Shown: one piece after another, positions 9,281-20,212 of the stretch
How positions within the stretch are numbered: the stretch's first letter is position 1
How the letters are laid out: the number at the start of each line of letters is the position of its first letter
IMG/VR virus record: IMGVR_UViG_3300022936_000008
DNA: 64,000 nucleotides
Strand: one strand, 5' to 3'
Source of the DNA: an uncultured virus (IMG/VR IMGVR_UViG_3300022936_000008)
Lineage: Duplodnaviria; Heunggongvirae; Uroviricota; Caudoviricetes
Notes under the pieces: generated by a model
Databases searched by the model: none
The model's input: only the letters and a program-made list of their open reading frames with translations
What the model was told of the DNA's origin: nothing
Made by a program: the position numbers and the translations under genes

Positions 9281-9617
9281 AGGTATAACAAAACGAGGCG
9301 ACAAATGGCTTGCTCAGTATTGGAATAAAGAGTTAAAAACCACCATTCACATTGGACAGTTTGACACTGCTGAAATCGCGGCACAAAAAAGACAGGAATA
9401 CATCAAAAAAGTATCGGATGGAGTCATAGATGACAGCTTACCTAAAACAAAAGGTCTTCCGAAAGGAGTTAAAACAGACGGTAAAAAATTCTACAGCTCA
9501 CTACAGTTTCTACACGGTATCAAAAAAGAAAAACGTGTCAACGCTCACATAGGAACCTTTGATACTGTAGAAGAAGCTGTTGAGGGACGTAGAAAATTTA
9601 TTGAGGGTTTACTGTGA
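9273..9617 (+). CDS. Stand-alone tandem AP2-domain DNA-binding protein
   Basis: Two repeats: KGI..KWLAQ..HIGQFDTAEIAAQKR and KGV..KFYSS..HIGTFDTVEEAVEGR; no nuclease domain. Confidence 0.7.
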   Translation: MNKGITKRGDKWLAQYWNKELKTTIHIGQFDTAEIAAQKRQEYIKKVSDGVIDDSLPKTKGLPKGVKTDGKKFYSSLQFLHGIKKEKRVNAHIGTFDTVEEAVEGRRKFIEGLL

Positions 9618-9705
9618 AAGCAAAAGATGTTATTATAGGACTGATTCCTTACATTTTAATTTGGGGAATTGCTTATGGAATTTTTAAACTTGTAAATTAT
9701 TTATT

Positions 9706-10362
9706 ATGTATGTGAATCTTGAGAGGTTTTTAAAATCGGGCTTAGTACCAGAAGACATTCTCTATCTTACAGCAATCAAACAAAATGCGGCGGGAAAAAA
9801 CGTACAATTCCTATCCACTTATTTATCTGATAGTAAAATTATAGAGTATGAAAACGCGGGGTATATAAAAAGTGTCAACGGTAAAAAAACAGACAGTCTA
9901 TATTTTTTAATCCGCACAACTGATAAAGCAAATAAATTATTGGCTGCCCTTTCTTTTGCGGCAGAGTACAACGAGGACGATGAAAAACTTGTAAATTGGC
10001 TGATTCAAACCTATAAAAACAGAGGTGGTATTTCTAAAAATCGACAAGAAACGCTAAGACGCTTTAGCTGGTTTCGTAAGATTACAGGACTTGAGGGCAA
10101 CGAACTTGCAAATTTGGTTCTATGTTTCATAAATGATACGTTTGTGTCTGAGAATGGTCAAAACTTCGCTCAAGAGTTTGGAGAGTTTAAATCACAAAAC
10201 CCAAGAGCACAACTAAGTCAAATGGCTGACAATTTAGCATGGAAACCAGAGTCGCACCAAGATAAACATTACACGTTAGAGAAATCTCCGCTGTGGAATT
10301 ACTATCAGGAGCATCAAGTTTTTGTTGATGGGCAATATAACAAATATTTAGAGAAACTATGA
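9706..10362 (+). CDS. Hypothetical protein, possibly replication-associated
   Basis: 218-aa ORF upstream of the helicase region; no diagnostic motif. Confidence 0.5.
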   Translation: MYVNLERFLKSGLVPEDILYLTAIKQNAAGKNVQFLSTYLSDSKIIEYENAGYIKSVNGKKTDSLYFLIRTTDKANKLLAALSFAAEYNEDDEKLVNWLIQTYKNRGGISKNRQETLRRFSWFRKITGLEGNELANLVLCFINDTFVSENGQNFAQEFGEFKSQNPRAQLSQMADNLAWKPESHQDKHYTLEKSPLWNYYQEHQVFVDGQYNKYLEKL

Positions 10363-10577
10363 GTGTAGAAAAAGTAGATATGTTTACAATTGTTTGTGAT
10401 AATTGTAAAACAGACATAGGTTCAATTCAGGAATATTCTTGTTGGGCAGATGAGTATGCAGCTAAAGATAATGCTATGGAGTCAGAGTGGATAAATGTTG
10501 GTTCAAAACATTATTGCCCTGATTGCGTTTGGTATGACGACGATGTTATGAACTTAAAAATAATCTTAAATGAGTGA
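10359..10577 (+). CDS. Small zinc-finger protein
   Basis: CDNC...HYCPDC. Confidence 0.6.
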   Translation: MSVEKVDMFTIVCDNCKTDIGSIQEYSCWADEYAAKDNAMESEWINVGSKHYCPDCVWYDDDVMNLKIILNE

Positions 10578-10923
10578 TGCAGAAAAATGGGCTTTAGCTC
10601 AACTCAGAGAAAAGAATTTCTTTAATGACCCTGAATGGTCAACTAAACAAGTTTTAGGTATTGGAGATAATTATAGGGTAACAAAAGATGGTTTAGAACC
10701 TATGACAATTCAAGAGAGCCTGATGATTAGGGATTCTGACTACGAAACAATAACAGAGCATTTATCGCCGGAAGAAATAATTGAACGATTTAAAAAGAAA
10801 CTATGAAAAAATTATTAAACGAATTTGCAGAGTATTTAAGAGATTGCGGAGAAGACGCTTTCTTTTTATTTGATGATACTGAGGCGGCAATAGAAAGTTT
10901 TCTAAAACACAGAGAAGAACAAA

Positions 10924-11373
10924 ATGGTTGAAGGAGATGACGGCGTAACACACATTAACATATATTCAAAAGCTAAAACCGAATTGGGTAAATGGCTATC
11001 TAACTTTGCAGATTGTGGAAGTTTATCTTTACCAGAGGGTAATTTCAGAACAGTGGAGGGTTATTGGATGTTTTTAAAAACTAGGGACGAAAGATTTAAA
11101 ACTTTAAACGGTTTTGAATGTAAGAAGTTGGGGCAATCATTAAAATCAGATGTAGAGGTTGATGAGATTTTCCGGGAAAAAATAAAAAATGCAATAGACG
11201 TTAAACTAAGAAATAACAGTTCAATGTCAAAAGCACTAGCAGACAGTGATTTACCTCTAACACACTATTATCAATATGGGAGTAAACGCGTTGATGCTGG
11301 ATATACTTGGATTTTATGGCATGTTGAAGACAGAAGAAAACTTTTAAAACAGTATTATAAAATAAATGAGTGA
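10924..11373 (+). CDS. NADAR (YbiA-like) superfamily protein
   Basis: HINIYSKAKTELGKWLSNF...EGNFRTVEGYW...KKLG, the LSNF and F.TVE.Y motifs of NADAR. Confidence 0.6.
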   Translation: MVEGDDGVTHINIYSKAKTELGKWLSNFADCGSLSLPEGNFRTVEGYWMFLKTRDERFKTLNGFECKKLGQSLKSDVEVDEIFREKIKNAIDVKLRNNSSMSKALADSDLPLTHYYQYGSKRVDAGYTWILWHVEDRRKLLKQYYKINE

Positions 11374-12142
11374 TTCTTTATTAGACCCAAGAATAAAACT
11401 ACACAAGAGCCTAAAAATTGGTGAGTACCATATTAATAATCAAGGGTGTAGATTTAAAATAATTGATTATTTATCCTATGATAAATGTACTATACAATTT
11501 GAAGATGACACTATGCCTATATATGAAAATATCAACTACCACAATATATTGACAGGGGCAGTTAAAAATGACTATCTTCCAATAAGGTACAAAACAGGAT
11601 TTATAGGAAAAGGAATTTATAACACACTTAAAGATAAAAAGGCAGCTCAAACATGGTCAGGAATGTTAGAAAGATGTTATGATCAAAAAAGACAATTAAG
11701 TCAACCCACATACAAAGATTGTTCAGTAACCAAAGAATGGCATAATTTTCAGAATTTTGCAGCTTGGTACGAAAAAAATTACATAGATGGATATGTTTTA
11801 GACAAAGACATCCTCAAAAAAGGCAACAAAATTTACTCCCCGGAAACCTGTTGTTTTGTTCCGCAGGAAATAAATAATTTATTTACGAACAGATCTAATT
11901 ATAGAAATAATCTTCCTATAGGTGTTACCACAGAGAATAACAACAGAACTTTTAGAACAACCTTTACAAAAAATAAAAAACAAATTTATCTTGGCTCTTT
12001 CAAAACCCCTGAAGAAGCATTTCAAGCCTATAAAATTGCGAAAGAGGTTTATATTAAAGAGGTTGCAGAACTTTGGAAAAGCAGAATAGCTAATAATGTT
12101 TACGAAGCTTTGATTAATTATAACGTTGAAATCACAGATTAA
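11366..12142 (+). CDS. Homing endonuclease-like protein (HNH-type with C-terminal AP2 domain)
   Basis: WSGMLERCY...EWHNFQNFAAW...LDKDIL..GNKIYSPETCCFVPQEIN; YLGSFKTPEEAFQAY. Confidence 0.85.
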   Translation: MSDSLLDPRIKLHKSLKIGEYHINNQGCRFKIIDYLSYDKCTIQFEDDTMPIYENINYHNILTGAVKNDYLPIRYKTGFIGKGIYNTLKDKKAAQTWSGMLERCYDQKRQLSQPTYKDCSVTKEWHNFQNFAAWYEKNYIDGYVLDKDILKKGNKIYSPETCCFVPQEINNLFTNRSNYRNNLPIGVTTENNNRTFRTTFTKNKKQIYLGSFKTPEEAFQAYKIAKEVYIKEVAELWKSRIANNVYEALINYNVEITD

Positions 12143-13254
12143 TGGCTCTATACAAAAGCACCGACCTTACAAACACAACTGTCAGTTTAATTAGTCAATT
12201 TCAATCCGGCGAAATAAGACCAATACCAACAGGTATTCCTCATTTGGATAAAGTTTTAATGGGTGGATTATTACCGGGAACTATACTTGGTATTGTAGCT
12301 CGCTCGCAAGGAGGTAAAAGCTTTGATTTAGAGCGTATCCAAAGACATTTAGCTAACACAGAAAAGGATATTATAACTGTAAATTGTAATTGGGAACTTA
12401 CTTTCTTCAAAATCTTAGTCCGGGATATTTGCCAAAGGACTGGTAAAACAATGGATGAAGTTTTATTTAATTCTCCTACAGTTGAGGAATTAAATCAGTT
12501 ATCCGAAATATGTACTTCCCACCGCAATGAAAACACTTTCTATCAAAACGAACCTGTTAGCCCTAAAGAATTTTCAAAAGATATAGAAAGTATTATCACA
12601 CAATTCCCGGATAGAAAAATAGTGGTATCTATTGACAACCTTGAAAATATACTAGATGAAAAGAGCAGTCAGAAAGCTTCGATGGATGCCTTATTGTATG
12701 AAATAAACCGACTAAAAGGACTGCACCCCTATATCTGTTTTATCATTCTTAATCAGATGAATGATGATGTAATTAAAAGGCTCGATAACATCAAAGGACA
12801 TAGACCAATAGAGTCAGACGTGTACGGCTCTGGACAGCTTTTAAAATTATGCGATGTACTTTACATAAAGATGTTGCCTTGGAAATTAGGAATCAAGGAC
12901 AAGTTTATGGTATTTGGAAAGGAGTCATACGAATGGCTAGAGGATTTTAAAGTTTATGGAGATACAGGAAACACTGCTAGTTTTGAGCCTTTGGGGAATG
13001 CCTACTACATCTATTTGAAGCGGAGGAATGCTGACATTAAAGATATTCAAGATATTTTTGCGGAAAAAATATTTAATAAAAACGAATTGAAAAATAATTA
13101 TCCTACGGATGGCAAAGCCAAATCTATTCTATCAATCCCCGTATTCGGTGAGAAAGTAATGGCAGTGGAAAAACAAATAGCGCCTCCTTTAAACTTCAAC
13201 CTTTCAGAAGCCTTCGAAAAAAATCCGCCAAAAGATAGCGATGTTCCATTTTAA
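12142..13254 (+). CDS. DnaB/RecA-fold replicative helicase
   Basis: PTGIPHLDKVLMGGL, Walker A ARSQGGKS, Walker B SIDNL, ILNQMN, DVYGSGQL; acidic DSDVPF tail. Confidence 0.8.
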   Translation: MALYKSTDLTNTTVSLISQFQSGEIRPIPTGIPHLDKVLMGGLLPGTILGIVARSQGGKSFDLERIQRHLANTEKDIITVNCNWELTFFKILVRDICQRTGKTMDEVLFNSPTVEELNQLSEICTSHRNENTFYQNEPVSPKEFSKDIESIITQFPDRKIVVSIDNLENILDEKSSQKASMDALLYEINRLKGLHPYICFIILNQMNDDVIKRLDNIKGHRPIESDVYGSGQLLKLCDVLYIKMLPWKLGIKDKFMVFGKESYEWLEDFKVYGDTGNTASFEPLGNAYYIYLKRRNADIKDIQDIFAEKIFNKNELKNNYPTDGKAKSILSIPVFGEKVMAVEKQIAPPLNFNLSEAFEKNPPKDSDVPF

Positions 13255-13259
13255 TTTAT

Positions 13260-13267
13260 TATCTTTG
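13260..13267 (+). promoter_or_regulatory. -7 promoter element
   Basis: TATCTTTG in the intergenic gap before 13289. Confidence 0.55.
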
Positions 13268-13288
13268 TAGAAATAAAAACAAATAATT

Positions 13289-16200
13289 ATGAGTTTTCAA
13301 ATAGGAGATAGAGTAGTTTGTGTTGACGCATCCAAGCAAGCACACACAGTAGAAGAGTTGAATCAAGATGTGCCAAATTGGATTCAAAAAGGACAAAAAT
13401 ACGTAATTCGTGGTTTTTCTGATTATGATTTCGTTGTAGCTGTCTATTTAGAGGAAATTAGAAATCCTTTAAAATACTTTAAAGTTATTAATAGAATGGC
13501 AGAACCGGGATTCCGCACAGATAGATTTCGTAAATTAGAGCCAGCAGAAGTTGCCCAAGAAGTTGAAGAGCTTCAAGAAGCTGCATAGATATGAACGGAC
13601 GTAGACTTTACAGAGAATATGCACAGTCTTTAGGTAAACAAGCTAAAGAGTTTGTGAGGATTGAACCGGAAATGTACCAATATGATACATTAATTACGAA
13701 AGATAATTCCGGTAAAGAAGAAAGAACAAGTCTAAACTATAAAGACGTAGTTAATTTTATAATCAGAAAATATTAATATGAAAACAACTTTTTACATTTT
13801 ATTCTTTTTGGGAGTTCTAATCTACTCGTCAAAACCAACAGTTAGCTTTAAGCCGTTCTCGTTGAGTTTTGAATCACCTTTAATTCCTTTTGCTATTCTT
13901 TTTCTTGCCGCCGGATTTCTACTTTTTGGTTACGAATTTCACAACAGAGGCTATAAATTGGGAGTAGAAAATATTAACAAACATTACACATTAACAAAGA
14001 AATAAAGATGACACACTACGAAATTGTAAAGAAACTAATAGGAAACATCCGTCCACTTGGAGATGCAAGTCAAGACGAAAAAAGATTTGAAAACTTAAAA
14101 GCTATGTGCACCTTAGCTAATTTAATTATTGCAGGCATTGATGCTGTAGGTTACGACTTTAGGAATAGTTACGAGGGGAGTGTTAGAAAAGCCGCTGATT
14201 ATGCAAAGAAATTTTTAACGGAAGAAATTGGGATAACACAATGAGTACAATAAAATTACACAAGGATTTCTTAATGAATGAACTAGGACTTCCTTATTCA
14301 AACACAATAAAAAATATAATCACTGATACAAGTAGGTGGAGTGAACATCATGAAATTATTTTCGCCTATAGCGGTAAATTTTATCAAGCCTATTATTCTG
14401 AAGGTCTTACAGAATATCAAGATGAATCTCCTTGGGAATATGATGAAGAAATAGAGTGTATAGAAGTTGAATTAATAGAAAAATTAGTAAAAGTATGGCA
14501 GCCGAAAAAATAAATTTTATAACAATAAAAACTAAAAATCAAGGGATGTTTATCTCTGATAACGTAAAAACTGAGAATTATTTCAACAGTAAGATGCCCT
14601 CATTATTTTTTGATGATAAAAAGTTGATTGCCACGTTTAAAAAAGATTGGTATAAAATAGAAGATACACCTAAGAAATTACAAATAAGAGGTGCAGACAC
14701 TTATATAAATAATCGCTATGAATTAAAAGCTGGCTTCCCTGTAAGTGAATTAACACCTCAAGTTATTCAAGCAGAAGACTTTGACAGTGCCGACGATATT
14801 GCAGGACTTTATGAGAGAAAGTCAGATAAAGTTGAAGGGCAGTTAGAAGATGTAGAATTTGAAATTGAGTTATTATCAGAAGAAGATGAATTTTTTGTAG
14901 AAAAACCTAAATATACAGGCACTCCTAATATCCTAACTCAACTCAATGTAAATCCTGCACTGCATTCTGAAAGACCGTTAACAATGTCAGGAAAACAATT
15001 CTACCCTATTGTTAGAAATTATATCAAATCTAATATTGATGGTAGGTATGCAAAAATTACCTCAGATTATAATTTTTGCCTAAGTGTGGAAAAAGTAATT
15101 GGTTTAGCTGTACCTCATAAATATATAGTCGATGTGGGGACTAAAAGAAAATCCCGACTTGAAACAAGGTACACTCAAGATAAAAAAGTTAAAGTGTTTG
15201 AAACTTCACCCGAAGGATACGGTAGTTATCCAATTCAAGAAGGTATTTCTGGCAAAAATCAAAAAGAACTGGAAGAAAATATAGACAGTTACTTAAAGAA
15301 TTTAATTGAAGTTATTAATAAACCTTTAAAAGAATGCCCCAACTGTAATGGAACGGGCTGCGTAAGCATATGAAAATAGAACTCACAAGATCACACAGAT
15401 TTAACACTATTGTAGTGGAGAATACAAATGTCAAGATAGAGTATTCCGCAACGGACTCAATTAAAAAAGACAATAACTTAGGACAGCCTTATTTTGAACA
15501 GGATATATCAGATGAGAGTTTGAATCTTTTCTCCGGCGTTTTAGAAGATTTAATTTTTTATAGAGAGAGGGAGTTTGACAGCAGCACATTAATTACAAAC
15601 TTATTTTCAAAATTGCCGCAAGAAAAAACCCAATCACTATTAAAAGAATTAAATGATGACTACTTGGAAGAAGTGGAATAAAACATTACCTACAGCAGAA
15701 AAGATTTATCAAGAATTATTCGGCGAACCAGAAACGCATGTTGAGTGGGCAAATAAATTCAATAAAGTGGGAGTGATTAATAAGATACTGTATGACAGGG
15801 ACAATTAAACAAACAGAATACGGCTGGAGAATCTATCACACTTCTTATAGGTATTTTGAAGAGGAATATGAGCCTAGCATTTACCCAATAGATAAAGACA
15901 GCTTAGAATATTTCAACACAATTGAAAATCCGGCAGGAAAAGAAGTGGAATTTAAAGTGGTTCACAAAGATAAAGATACGGGAGAATTAATTACAGATTA
16001 TCATTCAATTCCTATTGAGAATTGGACTTGGGAGGCTAAATTAATTCCGCCACAGAAAAAACCACTGACAATTACAGAATTCATTCATAAAATAGATTTT
16101 CAAAAATTAAGATCAACCTTATCAGATGCAGAAGCGCGGAGATATTTAAAAGAGTTATATGAAGAATAGAGACATAATGTACGTTTATCACGACATATAC

Positions 16201-19200
16201 TTTGAAAGTGATGTTTACGAAGTTATTGAAGCATTATTCAATGATGATTTAAGAAAAGAAGAAATTGTAGGGTATAAGTTAGATGTGGCGGAAAAAGAAC
16301 CAATAATCTATAAAGAAGTAACTGCTGATTTTCTAATGGAACTTATCGATAGTGCTTATGGTGATGATAGATATGATGAAGAGGGGGAATATGCGCCGAA
16401 GAAAATAAAAGCCGTCTTAGAAAAAGAAATTGATTTTACCAAGTTAAACGCCGCATTGAAACAAGAATGTATGTATTATCCTAAAGGAGAAACGTATGTA
16501 ATTACAGAAGAAGATTTTAACTGTTGGTATGACCAGAATAAAGAGTGTTATGACGAAAACTAAATATTACATAGCAACAGACACACTTGATTCATCATCT
16601 TTATGTTTTGCTGTTTCTGACGGCGAGATTTTAGCTATGATGGAAACCCACAGGGATGAAAAAGAATTTTTTGCGCGCGTGGAAGAAATGACTAAATATT
16701 ATAACTGTGAAATATTTGAAGAAAGATTAATCACTCCAAAAGCGTATAAATATGGAACTGGTAAAAATTACAAACCTTGGAAAAATATAGACTTCAGCGA
16801 TTTGAAAATCCCTAGTGAATATTTTGATTGGAAGTTATTTGAGGAAATGTTGAATTTTAAATCCCCGGTGAAAAATGAATCTATTAAGTAAAGAAACAAT
16901 TGACAAGTGTAATAGTATAGATGATGTGTTAGATCTTGCAACACAAGGAAAAGACGGTAAATTGCTACATTTTTCTGATATTGGCTACAGAGAAAATGGG
17001 TATAAAGACTTTAAAGGTAGGCTAGGGATTTTCAAAGAAGTTATTGAAAGAGAATTGCCAGAGTTTACAATCGAGGAAATTTTGAAATACAATCAATATT
17101 ATCATAAGTTAAGAGCTTTGTATGAGTGGAATGGTTATTACTATCTCTTTTGTGCTTTGGAATTTGAACTTAAAAAATCGCGGAAATGAAAGACTTTAAC
17201 TTAGAAGATTTAGAATTTTATCTACCTGACAGTTTTAAAGGCTTATTAAAATCTTACATTCTTCAAAAAATATTTGATGAGGAAATACAGAAAAATTGGA
17301 AACCAAAAGAGGGTGATTTAATTGTAGGCTGTACAGGAAACATATTTGCAATTTCAGGGCATCATACCTTAGTTAAAGAATTAGGTGGAGATTTGTTTTT
17401 CTTTGGCGGCGGATTATGTACAAGAGATGGTGGATGTATACTTAATGATACTTATTCTTACACAATGAATGAAGATGGTCTTTGGTATTCTTATGGAGTT
17501 TCCGGCGTAGAAAAAACAGCTAACAACTGTTATCATTCAAGTTTTAAAGATTTTAGATATTTACCTTACCCACATGAATTATGAAAGACAATACATATAT
17601 TATTAAACACGACCAATCAGGTTTCAGTATAAGATTTTCGTGGGAGTTATCAGAATCTATTTATTGGGTAAATTTTAAAGCTGTTGAATCATTTTTTGAC
17701 GACAAAGAATTTATGAGTTATAATGATAGCCTTAATTTACCCGGCACAGAAGACTTTGATAAAGCATATGAAGAAAATAAGTTTTTTGACGGTTTTATAA
17801 AATGGGACGGTTGTATGGAAATACATGGTTTGAATTATCATTTTTGTGGATATGGTGATATTCTACAAAGAGCTGTAAAACTTATTTATCATACAGCGGC
17901 AGAGATAATGCAAGATAATTTTGATCAGAGTCTAGCCAATTGGTCACCAAAAAACAAATAGATATGAAAGTTGACAATTATAAAGACAAAACACTCATCA
18001 GATTTGATGAAAGTGGAGATGTTCACAAAGCGATAACAAATCTGCCGCACTATAAAACGTGGGCAAAACTGTTAAAACATCTTAAAAACAGAGGTTTTAA
18101 AATAGAAACTCCAATCTACTGTATTGAGCAAAATTATGGTAAACATACACACAAAACAGCTTATAGAGAGAATGTAGTGATAACTTTAGAATTGATGAGT
18201 TCTCAAATTAAAGTTGAATATGGTGATATTAAAAATCTGTGGAAAGATTGGGGATTTCATTTTTGGTCTTTAACTGACAGTAGAAGTGTTGCTTTGACAT
18301 ATTTAGAATCCAAAAAAATTCAGTTAGAAGTTAATAAACTGTTGAGTCTTTTCCCGGCAGAAAAAACTGTAAATCACGATGTTAAATTAACAGATGTTGA
18401 AAGAATAATCAAAAACAAAAAAGAATCTGGTCACACAATAGATATAAGTAAACTTGATGAATTAGGACTCGATGGTATTGTATATCAAATGTCAGAATAT
18501 GATTTTAGCCAAAACTCAAAAGACCGTGATAAAAAACAAATCAATTGTGGCGAATTAAAATACTTCTACGGATATGACAAAATACTTAGATGTGGAAAAG
18601 TCTATCACAACCTTAATAATATGTGGTGGGTTTTAACTTCTGATGGATACTCGTGTAAAGCGTCTCATGAGTTATTTGATTTAAATGGTGAATCGCGGCG
18701 GAAAAAACTAACAACTGAACAAAAAATAAACAGGCTGGAATCAGAACTTAAAAAATATGAATCCAAGAAAAACTACATCCGTTGCATCTCTGTAAACAAA
18801 CAAATAGAAAAACTTAAAAACAGTGAAAAAGTTTATAATGTGTGGAGTTTAAAACACAACTCTTGGTGGGGAGCAAATAACAACGGCTATGTTTCTGATA
18901 AAAGAGATGCCGGAGTTTATTTGGAAAGTAATATTTTAGAAAATCAGAGTTATTATAATAATGGTGTGAGTACAAAAGCGATAATGATATGAAAATACAA
19001 ATAAATTTAATGGAGAATTCTATTCCGATAGAACAACAATTAGACGCAGTTAAAAAGTACATTAATATTTCAGATGGTACAAATGTTCTTGATGGAAAAA
19101 TTCGTAAAGCTATTGCAAACGATTTTATAGAGGAGACTAATAAGGATTGGGGGCAAAAAATAATTACGGAACATAGAAATTTTCACGTATCTTGTAAGAA

Positions 19201-20211
19201 AACTGCTGGAGGTACTCTTAAATTTCAAGTTTGGCAAGCAGTATGAGCAAACTAAAAAACAAACTCCTTAAAGAAACACCAAAAGTAAAATTCTGGAATG
19301 GGTATAGTATAAAAAGAGTTACAATCGGTGGTTGGGATTTTAAGTTTCAAGCGGGTGGAATTAAATACAATTTAGAACTCGAAGTAGAAAGTAAATGCGA
19401 CCGCCAAACTAATTTTACACCTGCGTTAGGAGATATTATACTGATGAACTGTAAAGAGGGACGGCGTTATACAGGAGCTGAACAGATAGCTGAAATACTC
19501 AACCTTTCTACGTTTGACATTATGGATATTTTTATGCCTATGGTAAAATTGGCAAGATATACAGAAGAAGAAATAGAAGAGTGTAAAAAAGAATATGATG
19601 ACTTCTTGGTTAGTTTTAGGGAGAATTTTTATCCTAATTATAATGATTAAAGACTATTTCTCTCTATGTTGTGCAAGAGAAGTTTACATAAAAGGGACAG
19701 GTGAGGGCTTATTCTGTTCAAATTGCAATAAGGAGGTATATTCTACAACTTCTAAACCGCCGGAGAAAAACAACAGCTAAACTAATTAATAATGTGGAAC
19801 CCAGAGAGTAAAGAATATTGGAATCAATTTTACGTACGACCACTATTTGACAAGTGGAAAGAAATACCAAGTAAATTAAAATATAAATTTATATTAAAAG
19901 ACTACACACGAATGTTCGGCTCAAAAAGAGAAGCAGAGTTAAGAATGAAATATATGTACGACGATACAGAAACTTTTATTTTTGCTTTTGACAATGCAGT
20001 AGCTGAGTTTTCGAAAGTTGTAAAAAATAATATTTTGAAAGCATATTTTCAGGAAATAGCATTAGATGAACATTATCAATTAATAAAATCAGGAATGTTT
20101 TATGAATTTTTCCCTACTCTTTCGGGTAATTGGCTACAAGATAAGGACGAAGTCATTAAGTTTATCACAATAAGGGAGAATAATAAGGAGTATATTAAAT
20201 TAATATTTTAG
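13289..20211 (+). other. Dense array of about 20 small-to-medium hypothetical phage ORFs
   Basis: Contiguous coupled ORFs on +; includes 14495-15373 (C-terminal CPNCNGTG zinc finger) and 17940-18992; no recognisable catalytic motifs. Confidence 0.65.
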
Positions 20212-20212
20212 G

